Part shown: one piece after another, positions 29,399 through 41,110 of the stretch
How the letters are laid out: every line of letters starts with the position of its first letter
Position numbering within the stretch: the first letter of the stretch is position 1
Assembly: GCA_028687915.1 (NCBI GenBank)
Contig: JAQTZF010000001.1
Location: 802,634 to 866,633, forward strand
Direction: 5' to 3'
DNA length: 64,000 nt
Source of the DNA: Candidatus Daviesbacteria bacterium
Lineage (GTDB): Bacteria > Patescibacteriota > Microgenomatia > Daviesbacterales > UBA10151
The notes under the pieces: model-generated
Database searches by the model: none
Seen by the model: the letters and a program-made list of their open reading frames with translations, nothing else
What the model was told of the DNA's origin: nothing
Program-made: the position numbers and the translations under genes

Positions 29399-29884
29399 CT
29401 AATTAGCTTGCGTTGAGGAACAAACCACTTGTGGTGATGCTGTGGTATCTTCTAATGAAGCACAAACTCTGATTTTAGCAGCACCAGCTGCTGGTACACC
29501 ATTTGTCAAAAGTGCCCAACTTCCAGAACAACCACCTGTTGCCCAGGCTGTTGGATCAGTAGCAAAAGCTGCTCCGCTAGAAGCTGCTGTTGTTACACAG
29601 TAATTCTTACCTGTAACTGGATCAGTAGGTACCTTACCAGTTGTAAATTGTGTATCAAGTACTGCTGGAAATGTAGCATTATCAGCTCCTTTTGCTACAT
29701 CTAATGCTTTTGTTACTTCTGCAACATCTTGTCTTCTTTTAGCATCTCTGCCTTTGCTTTGAACACTTGAGAAAACTGCCATACCAATTGTTGCAAGAAT
29801 TGCTAAAATTGCGATAACTACCAGAAGTTCAATAAGTGTGAAACCTTGAGTATTTGTTGATGTCTTGGGCAGAACTTTTTTCAT
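29399..29884 (-). CDS. Type IV pilin (tandem copy A)
   Basis: QG/FTLIELLVVIAI; four Cys. Confidence 0.88.
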   Translation of the reverse strand: MKKVLPKTSTNTQGFTLIELLVVIAILAILATIGMAVFSSVQSKGRDAKRRQDVAEVTKALDVAKGADNATFPAVLDTQFTTGKVPTDPVTGKNYCVTTAASSGAAFATDPTAWATGGCSGSWALLTNGVPAAGAAKIRVCASLEDTTASPQVVCSSTQAN

Positions 29885-29932
29885 TTATTTTTCTTTATCT
29901 TTCTCATTATTGTCATAGGGCAATATACTCTG

Positions 29933-30847
29933 TCAATACCCCAGTTTGAAGCTATTTAAATACCAATTTAGAATTTGAGGACCCCAAAGCAGGGCAATAT
30001 AAGCCCCAAGACTTAAGAAAGGACCAAAGGGAATTGTTTGTCCAAAATGCTTTTTACCAAAACCCATAAGAATGACGGAGAAAACTGCTCCTATTAGAAA
30101 AGCCAGAAATAAACCAATGATGGCATTAGGAAAACCCAATGCAATTCCTAAAAATAAAACATATTTAACATCACCCCAACCCATCCCTCTTCCTTTGGTT
30201 ATTATTATAAGAAAAGCAAAGAATAAAGCAGAAACTATTCCTATAATAATAGAGAAAATCGCTGGTTCCCAAATTCTGTAAATTAAAGTCCAAAAATAAT
30301 TAGAGTATGGAGGCATCAAATACTTACCAAGAAAGTTAGATTTTAAACTTAAATAAAACAACCAGGAATTCAAGCCACAAGCCACTAACCAATACCCAAT
30401 AGCTATACCCACAGCAGGATAGGTAACCTTATCCGGCAATAATCCTGTTTTAATATCCGTCAGAAAGAGAATGAATAAAACTAAAACAATAAATATTTTA
30501 AATATAAAATTTAAAATAAGTGGTATTGATTGGACTGTAGGATTTAAAAGAATATTAAAATCAAAGGCTTGAGTTAAAAAAAGACCTGCAACTAAAAACC
30601 CCATCACTAATTCTGCAGCTAGATTGGTAAAAGGGATTGATTTACGACAATATCTACATTTACCAAGTAACATAATGTAGGAAAAAACAGGAAAGAGGTC
30701 GTACCATGCAAGTATATGTTTACACTTTACGCAATACGACCTTCCCCTCAAACTATCCTGCTTGTTTAGCCGATCGGCTACAGCTTTAGCAAAACTTCCT
30801 AAAATTGTACCTATCAAAAAGCCAAAAAAACTTAAACCAATCCACAT
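29933..30847 (-). CDS. pilD: Prepilin peptidase (A24)
   Basis: RSYCxxC..LAWYDLFPVFSY..GKCRYC, TD..LLPD, GMGWGDVK and IPFGPFL. Confidence 0.93.
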   Translation of the reverse strand: MWIGLSFFGFLIGTILGSFAKAVADRLNKQDSLRGRSYCVKCKHILAWYDLFPVFSYIMLLGKCRYCRKSIPFTNLAAELVMGFLVAGLFLTQAFDFNILLNPTVQSIPLILNFIFKIFIVLVLFILFLTDIKTGLLPDKVTYPAVGIAIGYWLVACGLNSWLFYLSLKSNFLGKYLMPPYSNYFWTLIYRIWEPAIFSIIIGIVSALFFAFLIIITKGRGMGWGDVKYVLFLGIALGFPNAIIGLFLAFLIGAVFSVILMGFGKKHFGQTIPFGPFLSLGAYIALLWGPQILNWYLNSFKLGY

Positions 30848-30849
30848 AA

Positions 30850-31404
30850 TTAATAAGTACAAGCAAGCAACATATTAGAACCAACTTCATAAGACAAAGG
30901 ATCTGTTCCTCCGTCATTTGCTCTTCTGTCATTTGGAGCTGTTGTTTGTTGTTCAGATTCTAAATGTGTCATTATCTTCCAATGCGTTCCAGACCCACAA
31001 TATGTGTAATGTAAGGGTGTGGTATTTGTCGGATCTACTGGTAAGGTAGGCACTGTAACGTTTGATTGACCAGCAAAGTTAATGCTAACCCAACCTCCGC
31101 CATTAGTAAGCCTCTTAGTAGTATTTCCTGCTGGAATAATACTATTGTCTGTACAAGTTACGTCTGGAGTACCACTATTACATGCCGGACTTGCCTGACC
31201 TGCTGCTGTACCTTCCTGTAAAGCAACATTAATTGCTTGTTGGATGTTTGCCAAGTCAGTTAATCTGGAGGCATCCCTTGTTCTTCTTGTAAGTTCCAAT
31301 GGATTAATAATAAGTACTACGACCGCTGCTAAAATTGCAATAATTGCAATAACGACTAAAAGTTCTACAAGTGTAAAACCACGGGCAGTTTTTTTCAAAT
31401 TCAT
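30850..31404 (-). CDS. Type IV pilin, probable major subunit
   Basis: RG/FTLVELLVVIAI; a strong SD (GAAAGGAGGTG) directly upstream, which is rare in this window. The true start may be TTG at 31398. Confidence 0.85.
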   Translation of the reverse strand: MNLKKTARGFTLVELLVVIAIIAILAAVVVLIINPLELTRRTRDASRLTDLANIQQAINVALQEGTAAGQASPACNSGTPDVTCTDNSIIPAGNTTKRLTNGGGWVSINFAGQSNVTVPTLPVDPTNTTPLHYTYCGSGTHWKIMTHLESEQQTTAPNDRRANDGGTDPLSYEVGSNMLLACTY

Positions 31405-31472
31405 TCACCTCCTTTCATCTACTTATTTAAGATTGTCACAGTTTTAAATTTTCGTCAAGTCTCTTTAAACTA

Positions 31473-32681
31473 CTATTTTATGTTTGTAGTTAACTGGTAA
31501 ATTGGTAAAATAATTGATACTACTAAAAAGCCTACCCCAATACCTAAAATCACTAAAACAACTGGTTCAATTAATGTTGTTATATTCTTTAATGAATTAT
31601 CTGATTCTGATTCAAAATAATCAGCTAATTTAAACATGATTTCATCTAACTTCCCAGTCTCCTCACCGGTTTTTATCATCTGTCCGATAATACGGGGGAA
31701 TTCTGGCAACCTAAGCACCTGGCTGGAGAAAGACAAACCTCTTTCAACTCCCTGATAAGCTAATATCAATCCATCTTGATAAACTCTGTTACCGGTAATT
31801 GCAGAAACAATTTTAATTGAGTCCAAAATCGAAAGGCCGGAAGAAACCAATAATCCAAAAGTCCTGGTAAAACTTGTTAAGATAACCAAAGAAGTAATTT
31901 TACCAATTGCCGGTGCTTTTAATAAAAACTCGTCAACCCGTAAGCGACCATCCTGGGTTTGTGAATACCTTCTAAATGATACTAAAGCTACTACAATTAC
32001 TACTAATATTAACCACCAATAACCTAACATAAAATTTGAAAAACCCATTAAAATCTTTGTTGGCAGCGGTAATTCTATATTTGAGTCACCATATAAACTT
32101 AAAAGCTTTGGCATCACAAAAAATACCATAATTAGCATGACCCCAACCATCATTGTTACCACGACGATTGGATAAATCATGGCACCTCTGATTTTTCCCT
32201 TAAACTCCCTTTCTTTTTCTAAATTATTAGCCAGCTGAAGTAATATAATATCTAACTTTCCTGATGCCTGACCTGCAGCAACCAACTGACCATATATCGC
32301 AGGAAAAACATCCGGATGTTTTTGCAATGCTGCTGCAAAATCCAAACCACCTTTAATATCTGCCAATATATCTATTAATACTTTTTTAAATTTCTTATTT
32401 TCCTGTTGGTCTTGCAAAATATCCAAAGCCTCAGATAAAACAAGACCAGCTTGTACCATAGTTGCCAGCTGTCTTGTCATAACAACTACCACACTAAAAG
32501 GTATTCTGTTAAAGTATTTATCAAATAAATTTTCCTGATTTTTATTCTTCTCTTTTATGGAAATAATAATCAGTCTTTTGCGACGCAAAAGCGTGGCTGC
32601 CTGAAACTGATCAACAGTCTCAACTTCACCTTTGTGATATTCTCCATTCATATCCTTGGTTGTGTAAGAAAATATAGGCAT
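31473..32681 (-). CDS. pilC: Type IV pilus platform protein PilC/GspF
   Basis: TRQLATMVQAGL, AMIYP, GEETGKLD and LIEP..ILPIY. Confidence 0.93.
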   Translation of the reverse strand: MPIFSYTTKDMNGEYHKGEVETVDQFQAATLLRRKRLIIISIKEKNKNQENLFDKYFNRIPFSVVVVMTRQLATMVQAGLVLSEALDILQDQQENKKFKKVLIDILADIKGGLDFAAALQKHPDVFPAIYGQLVAAGQASGKLDIILLQLANNLEKEREFKGKIRGAMIYPIVVVTMMVGVMLIMVFFVMPKLLSLYGDSNIELPLPTKILMGFSNFMLGYWWLILVVIVVALVSFRRYSQTQDGRLRVDEFLLKAPAIGKITSLVILTSFTRTFGLLVSSGLSILDSIKIVSAITGNRVYQDGLILAYQGVERGLSFSSQVLRLPEFPRIIGQMIKTGEETGKLDEIMFKLADYFESESDNSLKNITTLIEPVVLVILGIGVGFLVVSIILPIYQLTTNIK

Positions 32682-32685
32682 AATA

Positions 32686-33738
32686 TTACCCTAAGATTTT
32701 GGCTAACAAATCTGGCCGCAGGCTATAAGCCTGACCCATTTCAAGAGAGATTTTTCCTTCCCGAACTAATTTAGCAAGAGAAGCTTCCATTGAAACCATT
32801 CCTAATTCACCGGAGGTTTGAATTAAGTTATCAATCATGTGAGTTTTTGCATCTCTGATTAATGAAGAAAGAGCATTAGTTTTAAGCAGTAGCTCAACTG
32901 CCAAAGCCCTGCCAGGAACAATTGTTGGGATTAGTCTTTGTGAAATAATTGCTTCAAGTACTGCTGCCAGCTGCAGCCTGATCTGTGGTTGTTGATTTTG
33001 GGGAAAAACATCAATCATTCTGTCAATGGATTGCGCAGCAGAATTAGTGTGTAGCGTAGCAAAAACCAAATGACCTGTTTCAGCTATAGTTATTGCAGCA
33101 GCAATGGTTTCATAATCACGCATTTCTCCAACTAAAACCACATCAGGATCTTCCCGAAGAGCAGATCTCAAAGCATTAGGCCAGGTTTTAGTATCCAAAA
33201 GAAGTTCTCTTTGCGTCACGATAGACTTTCCCTTGGGATAAATATATTCGATTGGATCTTCTATAGTTAATATATTTGCGTTGTGTTTTAAATTAATTTG
33301 ATTAATCATGGAAGCTAAAGTGGTAGATTTACCATGCCCGGTTGGACCAGTAATTAAAATAAAGCCCTGGCGGGGAACAATCAATTTATTAGCTACTTCA
33401 GGCAAACCCAAAGTAGACATCTCCGGAATCTGAAGAGGAATTAGCCTTAAAGCAGCTGCTAAATGCCCCTGTTCTTTAAATAAATTAATTCTAAATCTGG
33501 CTTTATCTTCAAATGAAAAACCAAAATCAAGTTCAAAATTTTCATCAAAAGCTTTTTTTTGAACAACAGATAAAAGTGGAGTGACTAAACCAAGTATGTC
33601 AGCATCAAGAAGGGGGGTAGTACCAGTAATTGGCAATAACTCTCCATTTAAACGAAGTGAGGGAGGATATCCGACCACTAAATGTAAATCTGATGCTTTC
33701 CTGGCAACTGCAATGTCTAATAATTGATGTATATTCAT
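32686..33738 (-). CDS. pilT: Retraction ATPase PilT
   Basis: ASDLHL, GPTGHGKSTTLA, ALREDPDVVLVGEMRD, AETGHLV..TLHT and an AIRNLIRE-like ALSSLIRD. Confidence 0.92.
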   Translation of the reverse strand: MNIHQLLDIAVARKASDLHLVVGYPPSLRLNGELLPITGTTPLLDADILGLVTPLLSVVQKKAFDENFELDFGFSFEDKARFRINLFKEQGHLAAALRLIPLQIPEMSTLGLPEVANKLIVPRQGFILITGPTGHGKSTTLASMINQINLKHNANILTIEDPIEYIYPKGKSIVTQRELLLDTKTWPNALRSALREDPDVVLVGEMRDYETIAAAITIAETGHLVFATLHTNSAAQSIDRMIDVFPQNQQPQIRLQLAAVLEAIISQRLIPTIVPGRALAVELLLKTNALSSLIRDAKTHMIDNLIQTSGELGMVSMEASLAKLVREGKISLEMGQAYSLRPDLLAKILG

Positions 33739-35442
33739 TTATTCCTCTGCAACCCTCAAAACCTCCTCTAAACTGGTAGTTCCTTCTAAAGCTTTCATAT
33801 AACCATCTTGTTTCAAAGTAATCATTCCTTCTTTTATAGATTCTTCTTCAATAGCCTGAGACGAGGCTCTTTCCAGTACCATTGGCATAATTTTAGAGGA
33901 AACAACTAATACTTCATAAATACCTATTCTTCCCTGATAACCTGTTCCACCACATTCTGCACAACCTGTTCCTTTATAAAGTATGATTGGTTTTTCTTTT
34001 GGATAGAGATTTCCCAATACTCTTCTAAAATTTTCAGCAATCTCAGGCACAGGAGTATAAGTACTCTTGCAATGAGTACAAAGTTTTCTTAATATCCTTT
34101 GTCCAACACAAGCGTTGATAGAGGAAGCCAAAAGAAATGGCTCAATACCCATATCTAAAAGTCGGGGAAGCGCACCGGCAGCAGTATTTGTATGAAGTGT
34201 AGAAAAGACCTGATGCCCTGTTAAAGCAGCCTGAACAGCTAACTCTGCTGTCTCTGTGTCACGAACCTCTCCTACTAACATAATATTAGGATCTTGTCGT
34301 AAAAATGAACGCAAAGCAGAAGCAAAAGTTAAACCTATTGCCGGATTAACCTGAACCTGATTTGCTCCGGGAATTTGATACTCAACCGGATCTTCTACTG
34401 TAACCATATTTACTTTTGTGGTTGATAATCTGGTTAGAACAGAATATAAAGTTGTTGTTTTACCACTACCCGTTGGTCCGCAAATTAAAACAATACCATG
34501 TGGCCTAAGTATTTGTGTTTCAAAATTCTTTAATGCAATGCCACGAAGACCAAGTTCTTGCAAAGTAGGGGGGACAGTAGTTTTTGGCAATAACCTCATA
34601 ACCACTTTCTCACCATAGATTGTAGGAACTGTTGAAACACGAAGGTCATAAATATCCTTCCCAGCACTGTAACTAAAACGTCCATCCTGAGGTAAACGTT
34701 TTTCCTCAATTTTTAGATTTGACAGGATTTTAATTCGTGAGACAAGAGCATCATGCACAGTTCTTGGTAAAATAATCTTTTCATGCAAGATACCATCAAT
34801 ACGATAACGAACCCTGGTCCGATCATCCAGTGGTTCTATATGAATATCAGAAGCTCTGGATGAAACAGCAAACTGAAGAAGTTGGGTAATAATATTTGCC
34901 ACCGGAGCTTCATGAATAACTTCAGCTTTCTCTTCAACAGCTGTTTCCGTAGCCTGAAGTTCACTTACTTCCTTTAAAGCAGAAGTTACCTCAGAAGTTA
35001 AATTTTGAGAATACTGGTCTCCAATAGCCTTCATAATATCTTCCGGAACAGCCAGATAAGGCTTTACATACAGAGCGGATTTTTTCTCAATAAACTGAAT
35101 TACCTGTAAATCCAGAGGGTCAGCCATAGCAACAAATAATTTATCGCCCTTTTTATCAAATGGAATAATTCGATAGCGCCTGGCAACTACTTCAGGTACG
35201 AAATTTAATACTTCTGAAGAGACGGCTTTTCCTTCCAGATTAATAAAAGGCACACCCATCAAAGATGCTCGGGCAGCAGTCATTTTTGCAGGAGCTACGA
35301 GCTGATGTTGGGTAATTACCTGTTCTGTAGAGGAACCACTGTTAATGGATTCTAGTTTAACTGCAGATAGTTGTTGAGCTGTAAGTAAGCCTTGTTTAAA
35401 TAAAACATCTTCAATGCCAAATTGTTCTTGGGCAGTAGCCAT
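33739..35442 (-). CDS. pilB: Extension ATPase PilB/GspE
   Basis: ASDIHIEP, LPQDGR, GPTGSGKTTTLY, LRQDPN and a tetracysteine motif. Confidence 0.93.
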   Translation of the reverse strand: MATAQEQFGIEDVLFKQGLLTAQQLSAVKLESINSGSSTEQVITQHQLVAPAKMTAARASLMGVPFINLEGKAVSSEVLNFVPEVVARRYRIIPFDKKGDKLFVAMADPLDLQVIQFIEKKSALYVKPYLAVPEDIMKAIGDQYSQNLTSEVTSALKEVSELQATETAVEEKAEVIHEAPVANIITQLLQFAVSSRASDIHIEPLDDRTRVRYRIDGILHEKIILPRTVHDALVSRIKILSNLKIEEKRLPQDGRFSYSAGKDIYDLRVSTVPTIYGEKVVMRLLPKTTVPPTLQELGLRGIALKNFETQILRPHGIVLICGPTGSGKTTTLYSVLTRLSTTKVNMVTVEDPVEYQIPGANQVQVNPAIGLTFASALRSFLRQDPNIMLVGEVRDTETAELAVQAALTGHQVFSTLHTNTAAGALPRLLDMGIEPFLLASSINACVGQRILRKLCTHCKSTYTPVPEIAENFRRVLGNLYPKEKPIILYKGTGCAECGGTGYQGRIGIYEVLVVSSKIMPMVLERASSQAIEEESIKEGMITLKQDGYMKALEGTTSLEEVLRVAEE

Positions 35443-35451
35443 AAAATATAT

Positions 35452-35469
35452 GTCCGAAATATTTCGGAC
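35452..35469. promoter_or_regulatory. Perfect 18-bp palindrome, candidate operator of the pilus operon
   Basis: GTCCGAAAT|ATTTCGGAC, 9 nt upstream of the pilB start in the divergent pilB/holB gap. Confidence 0.5.
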
Positions 35470-35526
35470 CCCTCATATCTATTATTGCTTGAGTGACTAG
35501 AGGTGTCAATGATATATAATCTGTTC

Positions 35527-36171
35527 ATGATTCCAACATTATTAATTCATCCTGAGCCAGCTGAGCGTGAACAACATACCCTTAAAATAATAACCAGCCT
35601 TGGATTTCATGCAAACCATCCAGATTTAATGTGGTTTGGACCGGATGAAAAATTAGGGGTAGAACAAACTAAAAAGATTAAAAATTTTCTTAAGCTTAAG
35701 CCGTATCAGGCAAAAGGCCAAATGATTGTAATCATTGCTGCTGAAAACCTAACAACAGATGCCCAAAATGTATTACTTAAAACCCTGGAGGAACACGAAG
35801 ACCAGGTTAATTTGATGTTAGGTGCAGCCAGTGAAGAGCAACTCTTACCAACATTACTTTCCAGATGTCAGATAAAAAGTTTATCTATTAATCCCACACC
35901 TGAAATAGAAACAAAATATCAAAAGGATATTGATAAACTTTTAAGTTCTGCCACTGAAGAAAGATTTCAATTTATCGAAAAAATAAAGGATAGAGAAGAA
36001 CTTTTACCAGCTTTATTAATCTATTCAAGACAAAAACTATTAGAAAATCCATCCTCAGAAATATGGATAGATTTTTTAAAAGCACTTATGGAGGCAGAAA
36101 AATGGGCTACAAACAATGTTAATCTTAGAGCAATTTTAGAATATTTGATGTTAAAACTACCTGAAAATTAG
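35527..36171 (+). CDS. holB: DNA polymerase III delta-prime-like subunit (short CPR form)
   Basis: HPDL, AQNVLLKTLEE and LLPTLLSRC. Confidence 0.75.
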   Translation: MIPTLLIHPEPAEREQHTLKIITSLGFHANHPDLMWFGPDEKLGVEQTKKIKNFLKLKPYQAKGQMIVIIAAENLTTDAQNVLLKTLEEHEDQVNLMLGAASEEQLLPTLLSRCQIKSLSINPTPEIETKYQKDIDKLLSSATEERFQFIEKIKDREELLPALLIYSRQKLLENPSSEIWIDFLKALMEAEKWATNNVNLRAILEYLMLKLPEN

Positions 36172-36218
36172 ATTAGCTTAAAATGTTATTGTTTAGATTG
36201 CTGCAATAAGCTAATCTA
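36169..36218. terminator. Hairpin between holB and gyrB
   Basis: Perfect 12-bp inverted repeat TAGATTAGCTTA..TAAGCTAATCTA; no clear U-tract. Confidence 0.4.
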
Positions 36219-36260
36219 GCTATACATATTTGCATAAATCATGTTTTCCTGCTAATATGA

Positions 36261-38222
<1,962 letters not shown>

Positions 38223-38230
38223 ACCACACC

Positions 38231-38998
38231 ATGGATAAATCTGATCCACAAAATTTAGCTGCCATCGTACTTGCCGGAGGTAAGGGAACCCGAATGCAGG
38301 CAACCTTACCCAAAGTTCTTCACCACATAGCTGATCAACCAATGATTTTTTACACCCTGGAAACCATTAATAAATTAGGGTTATCACAAGTTTATGTAGT
38401 AGTAGGTCATCAATCTAAAGAAGTTAGAAAAAGAATTTCTTCTAAATTTAAATGTAAATTTGCTTATCAACCAAAACCACTGGGAACAGGACATGCTGTT
38501 GAATGTGCTTTGGAAAAAATAGGAGATAATACTTCTACTATTATTGTTTTAAACGGTGATGATTCCGCTTTCTATAAAATTTCTACTTTACAAAAACTTT
38601 TAACATCTCATTTTGAAAGCAACTGTCCAGTTAGTATGATGACACTAAATATAAACCGAAATAGACGCTTGGGTCGAATTATCCGGGATGAACAGGGGAA
38701 TTTTGAAAAAATAGTTGAAGCAGAAAAAGACCCTGCAAATGGAATTAACAGCGATGAAATTAACTGTGGTTTATATGTATTTAATGTTAAATGGTTAAAA
38801 GAAAATATTGATAATATAAAATTAAGTGACAGAGGAGAATATTATCTAACAGATATTTTTAATCTTGCTAAGACAAATAATATTTGCATAAATTTATTTA
38901 ACCTCAAAAGCAAAGATGAGTGGGTTGGAGTTAATACACCTGATGAATTAAGCTTAGCTAATGAGAAAATGAAAAAGAAATTAACTAAGGGTAAATGA
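38231..38998 (+). CDS. GlmU-like sugar-phosphate nucleotidyltransferase (N-terminal domain only)
   Basis: LAGGKGTRM..PKVLH, LGTGHAV, GEYYLTD and GVNT; no hexapeptide domain. Confidence 0.85.
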   Translation: MDKSDPQNLAAIVLAGGKGTRMQATLPKVLHHIADQPMIFYTLETINKLGLSQVYVVVGHQSKEVRKRISSKFKCKFAYQPKPLGTGHAVECALEKIGDNTSTIIVLNGDDSAFYKISTLQKLLTSHFESNCPVSMMTLNINRNRRLGRIIRDEQGNFEKIVEAEKDPANGINSDEINCGLYVFNVKWLKENIDNIKLSDRGEYYLTDIFNLAKTNNICINLFNLKSKDEWVGVNTPDELSLANEKMKKKLTKGK

Positions 38999-40275
38999 AA
39001 AAAATACACTTTTTAGGCATTGGAGGGAGCGGGGCTTCTGCCATTGCTAAAATTGCCGAAGCACAAGGGTACGAAGTAACAGGCTGTGATCTTTACCCTA
39101 ATAATGAATTTACTATTGTTTTTCAAAAAGACCAGATTTTTGAGGGTCATTCTCCAAACCACCTTAAAAATGTTGATATTTTAGCTGTTACTCCTGCCAT
39201 TTATTCTTTAGACCCAAACAATATAGAACTTCAAGAAGCCAAAGAAAAAAATATTGAAATATTAACCTGGCAGGAATTTATGGGTAAATATTTACAAAAA
39301 GAAAAACAAGTAATCGCTGTTTGTGGCACCCATGGAAAATCAACCACTACTGCTATGATAGGTTTACTACTGGAAGATGTTGGTCTTGATCCAACAGTAC
39401 AACTTGGTGCAATCATTCCACAATGGGGACATAATTACCGAATTGGAAACAGTAAATATTTTGTAACAGAGGCTGACGAATTTAATGATAACTTTTTATC
39501 AACACATCCAAACATTACTGTTGTAACTACTGTGGAAATGGATCATCCGGAATATTTTAAAGACTTTGAAGCTTATAAAAAATCTTTTACTAATTTTTTA
39601 AACCAAACAAAAGATAAAATTATTGCTAATTTGCAAGATAAAGGAGTGGTAGATATATTGTCTTCAGACTCAAGTTTAAAAGATAAAACAATAGACTACT
39701 CAAAAGAAATCATAGATTTTGAATTAAAGATTCCAGGAGAACATAATAAATTAAATGCTTCTGCAGCATTTCAGGTTGGTCTTAACTTAGGAATTAAACC
39801 GGAAATTATCCAAAAAAGTTTAGAAAATTTTACCGGAATTGGGCGCAGATTTGAATACTTGGGAAACTTTCAGGGATCTGAAGTCTATAGTGATTTTGGT
39901 CATCATCCAACAGAACTTAAAGTAACATTAGAAGCAGCTATTTCAAAATTTCCTGATAAAAAAATTACAGTAATTTTTCAACCACACATGTTCTCACGAA
40001 CTCTTGCCTTATTTAATGATTTTGTTAATGTATTAAAAAATCTGGCTGTTGATAAAATCTTTATTATGGATATTTATAAATCACGGGAATTAGACAAAGG
40101 TTTAGTTAATAGTAAACAACTAGTTGAAGCAATTAATAAGGAAAATGTTTTTTATACTGGTAGTGAAAAAGATATACTTAATAAAATTGAATCAATGAAT
40201 AAAGATAATCAAATCATATTTTTTATTGGAGCAGGGGATATACATGACTTAGCAAAAAAATTAGTTACAAATTAG
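38995..40275 (+). CDS. murC: UDP-N-acetylmuramate--L-alanine ligase
   Basis: HFLGIGGSG, GTHGKSTTT, EADE, DFGHHPTE and FQPH. Confidence 0.93.
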   Translation: MKKIHFLGIGGSGASAIAKIAEAQGYEVTGCDLYPNNEFTIVFQKDQIFEGHSPNHLKNVDILAVTPAIYSLDPNNIELQEAKEKNIEILTWQEFMGKYLQKEKQVIAVCGTHGKSTTTAMIGLLLEDVGLDPTVQLGAIIPQWGHNYRIGNSKYFVTEADEFNDNFLSTHPNITVVTTVEMDHPEYFKDFEAYKKSFTNFLNQTKDKIIANLQDKGVVDILSSDSSLKDKTIDYSKEIIDFELKIPGEHNKLNASAAFQVGLNLGIKPEIIQKSLENFTGIGRRFEYLGNFQGSEVYSDFGHHPTELKVTLEAAISKFPDKKITVIFQPHMFSRTLALFNDFVNVLKNLAVDKIFIMDIYKSRELDKGLVNSKQLVEAINKENVFYTGSEKDILNKIESMNKDNQIIFFIGAGDIHDLAKKLVTN

Positions 40276-41071
40276 CTAAGACAACTTCCTTTAATCCCCC
40301 TGGTAAAGGATCTCCCAAAAACTGCTCAGCAATTATTTGAACCCTTTGTGGAGCATCAGTCACATGAATTTCCAGCTTTCCTGAAAGGCTTCCATTATTT
40401 AACAAACCTTTTTCCTGTAACATTACTTCAAGGGTTTCTGCAGCAGGTTTAGCAGAATCAACTAAGGTAATATTTTCTCCCAACACCTCTTTAATAGTAT
40501 TAGATAAAAGAGGGTAGTGTGTACAACCCAAAATTAATGTATCTACATCCTGATCTTTAAAAATTGATAAATAATCTTTGGCAATAAGCCTAGTACCAGG
40601 GTGATCACCCAAACCCTCTTCTGCAATTGGTACAAACAGAGGACAACTTGCTACAACAACCTGAGCCTTGTTATCTTTTTGTTTAATTTCTGTTTCATAA
40701 ATCCCTGAACCAATTGTTGCTCTGGTACCAATTACTCCAATTCTTTTACTCTTACTGGTTTTTAATGCATGATCTACTGTAGGATCAATAACCCCAAGGA
40801 CAGGAACAGGGGAGACAGCGATAATTTTATCAAGACAAACAGCAGAAATAGTATTACAGGCAACTACTAAAAACTTAACATCTTTGGATAACAAAAAATC
40901 TACCATTTCCAAAGCAAACTGAGTAATTACATCCTTGCCTCTGGTTCCATAAGGAACCCTGGCAGTATCTCCTAAATATATGATATTTTCATTTGGAAGT
41001 GACTTAACTATCTCTTTAACTACTGTTAAGCCACCAATTCCTGAATCAAGTACACCAATAGATCTAACCAT
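40265..41071 (-). CDS. murI: Glutamate racemase
   Basis: DSGIGGLTV, VACNT and LGCTHYP. Confidence 0.95.
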   Translation of the reverse strand: MVRSIGVLDSGIGGLTVVKEIVKSLPNENIIYLGDTARVPYGTRGKDVITQFALEMVDFLLSKDVKFLVVACNTISAVCLDKIIAVSPVPVLGVIDPTVDHALKTSKSKRIGVIGTRATIGSGIYETEIKQKDNKAQVVVASCPLFVPIAEEGLGDHPGTRLIAKDYLSIFKDQDVDTLILGCTHYPLLSNTIKEVLGENITLVDSAKPAAETLEVMLQEKGLLNNGSLSGKLEIHVTDAPQRVQIIAEQFLGDPLPGGLKEVVLANL

Positions 41072-41110
41072 AATGTTGTTAATTTTAACAGATTTGACTA
41101 ATATATAGAT

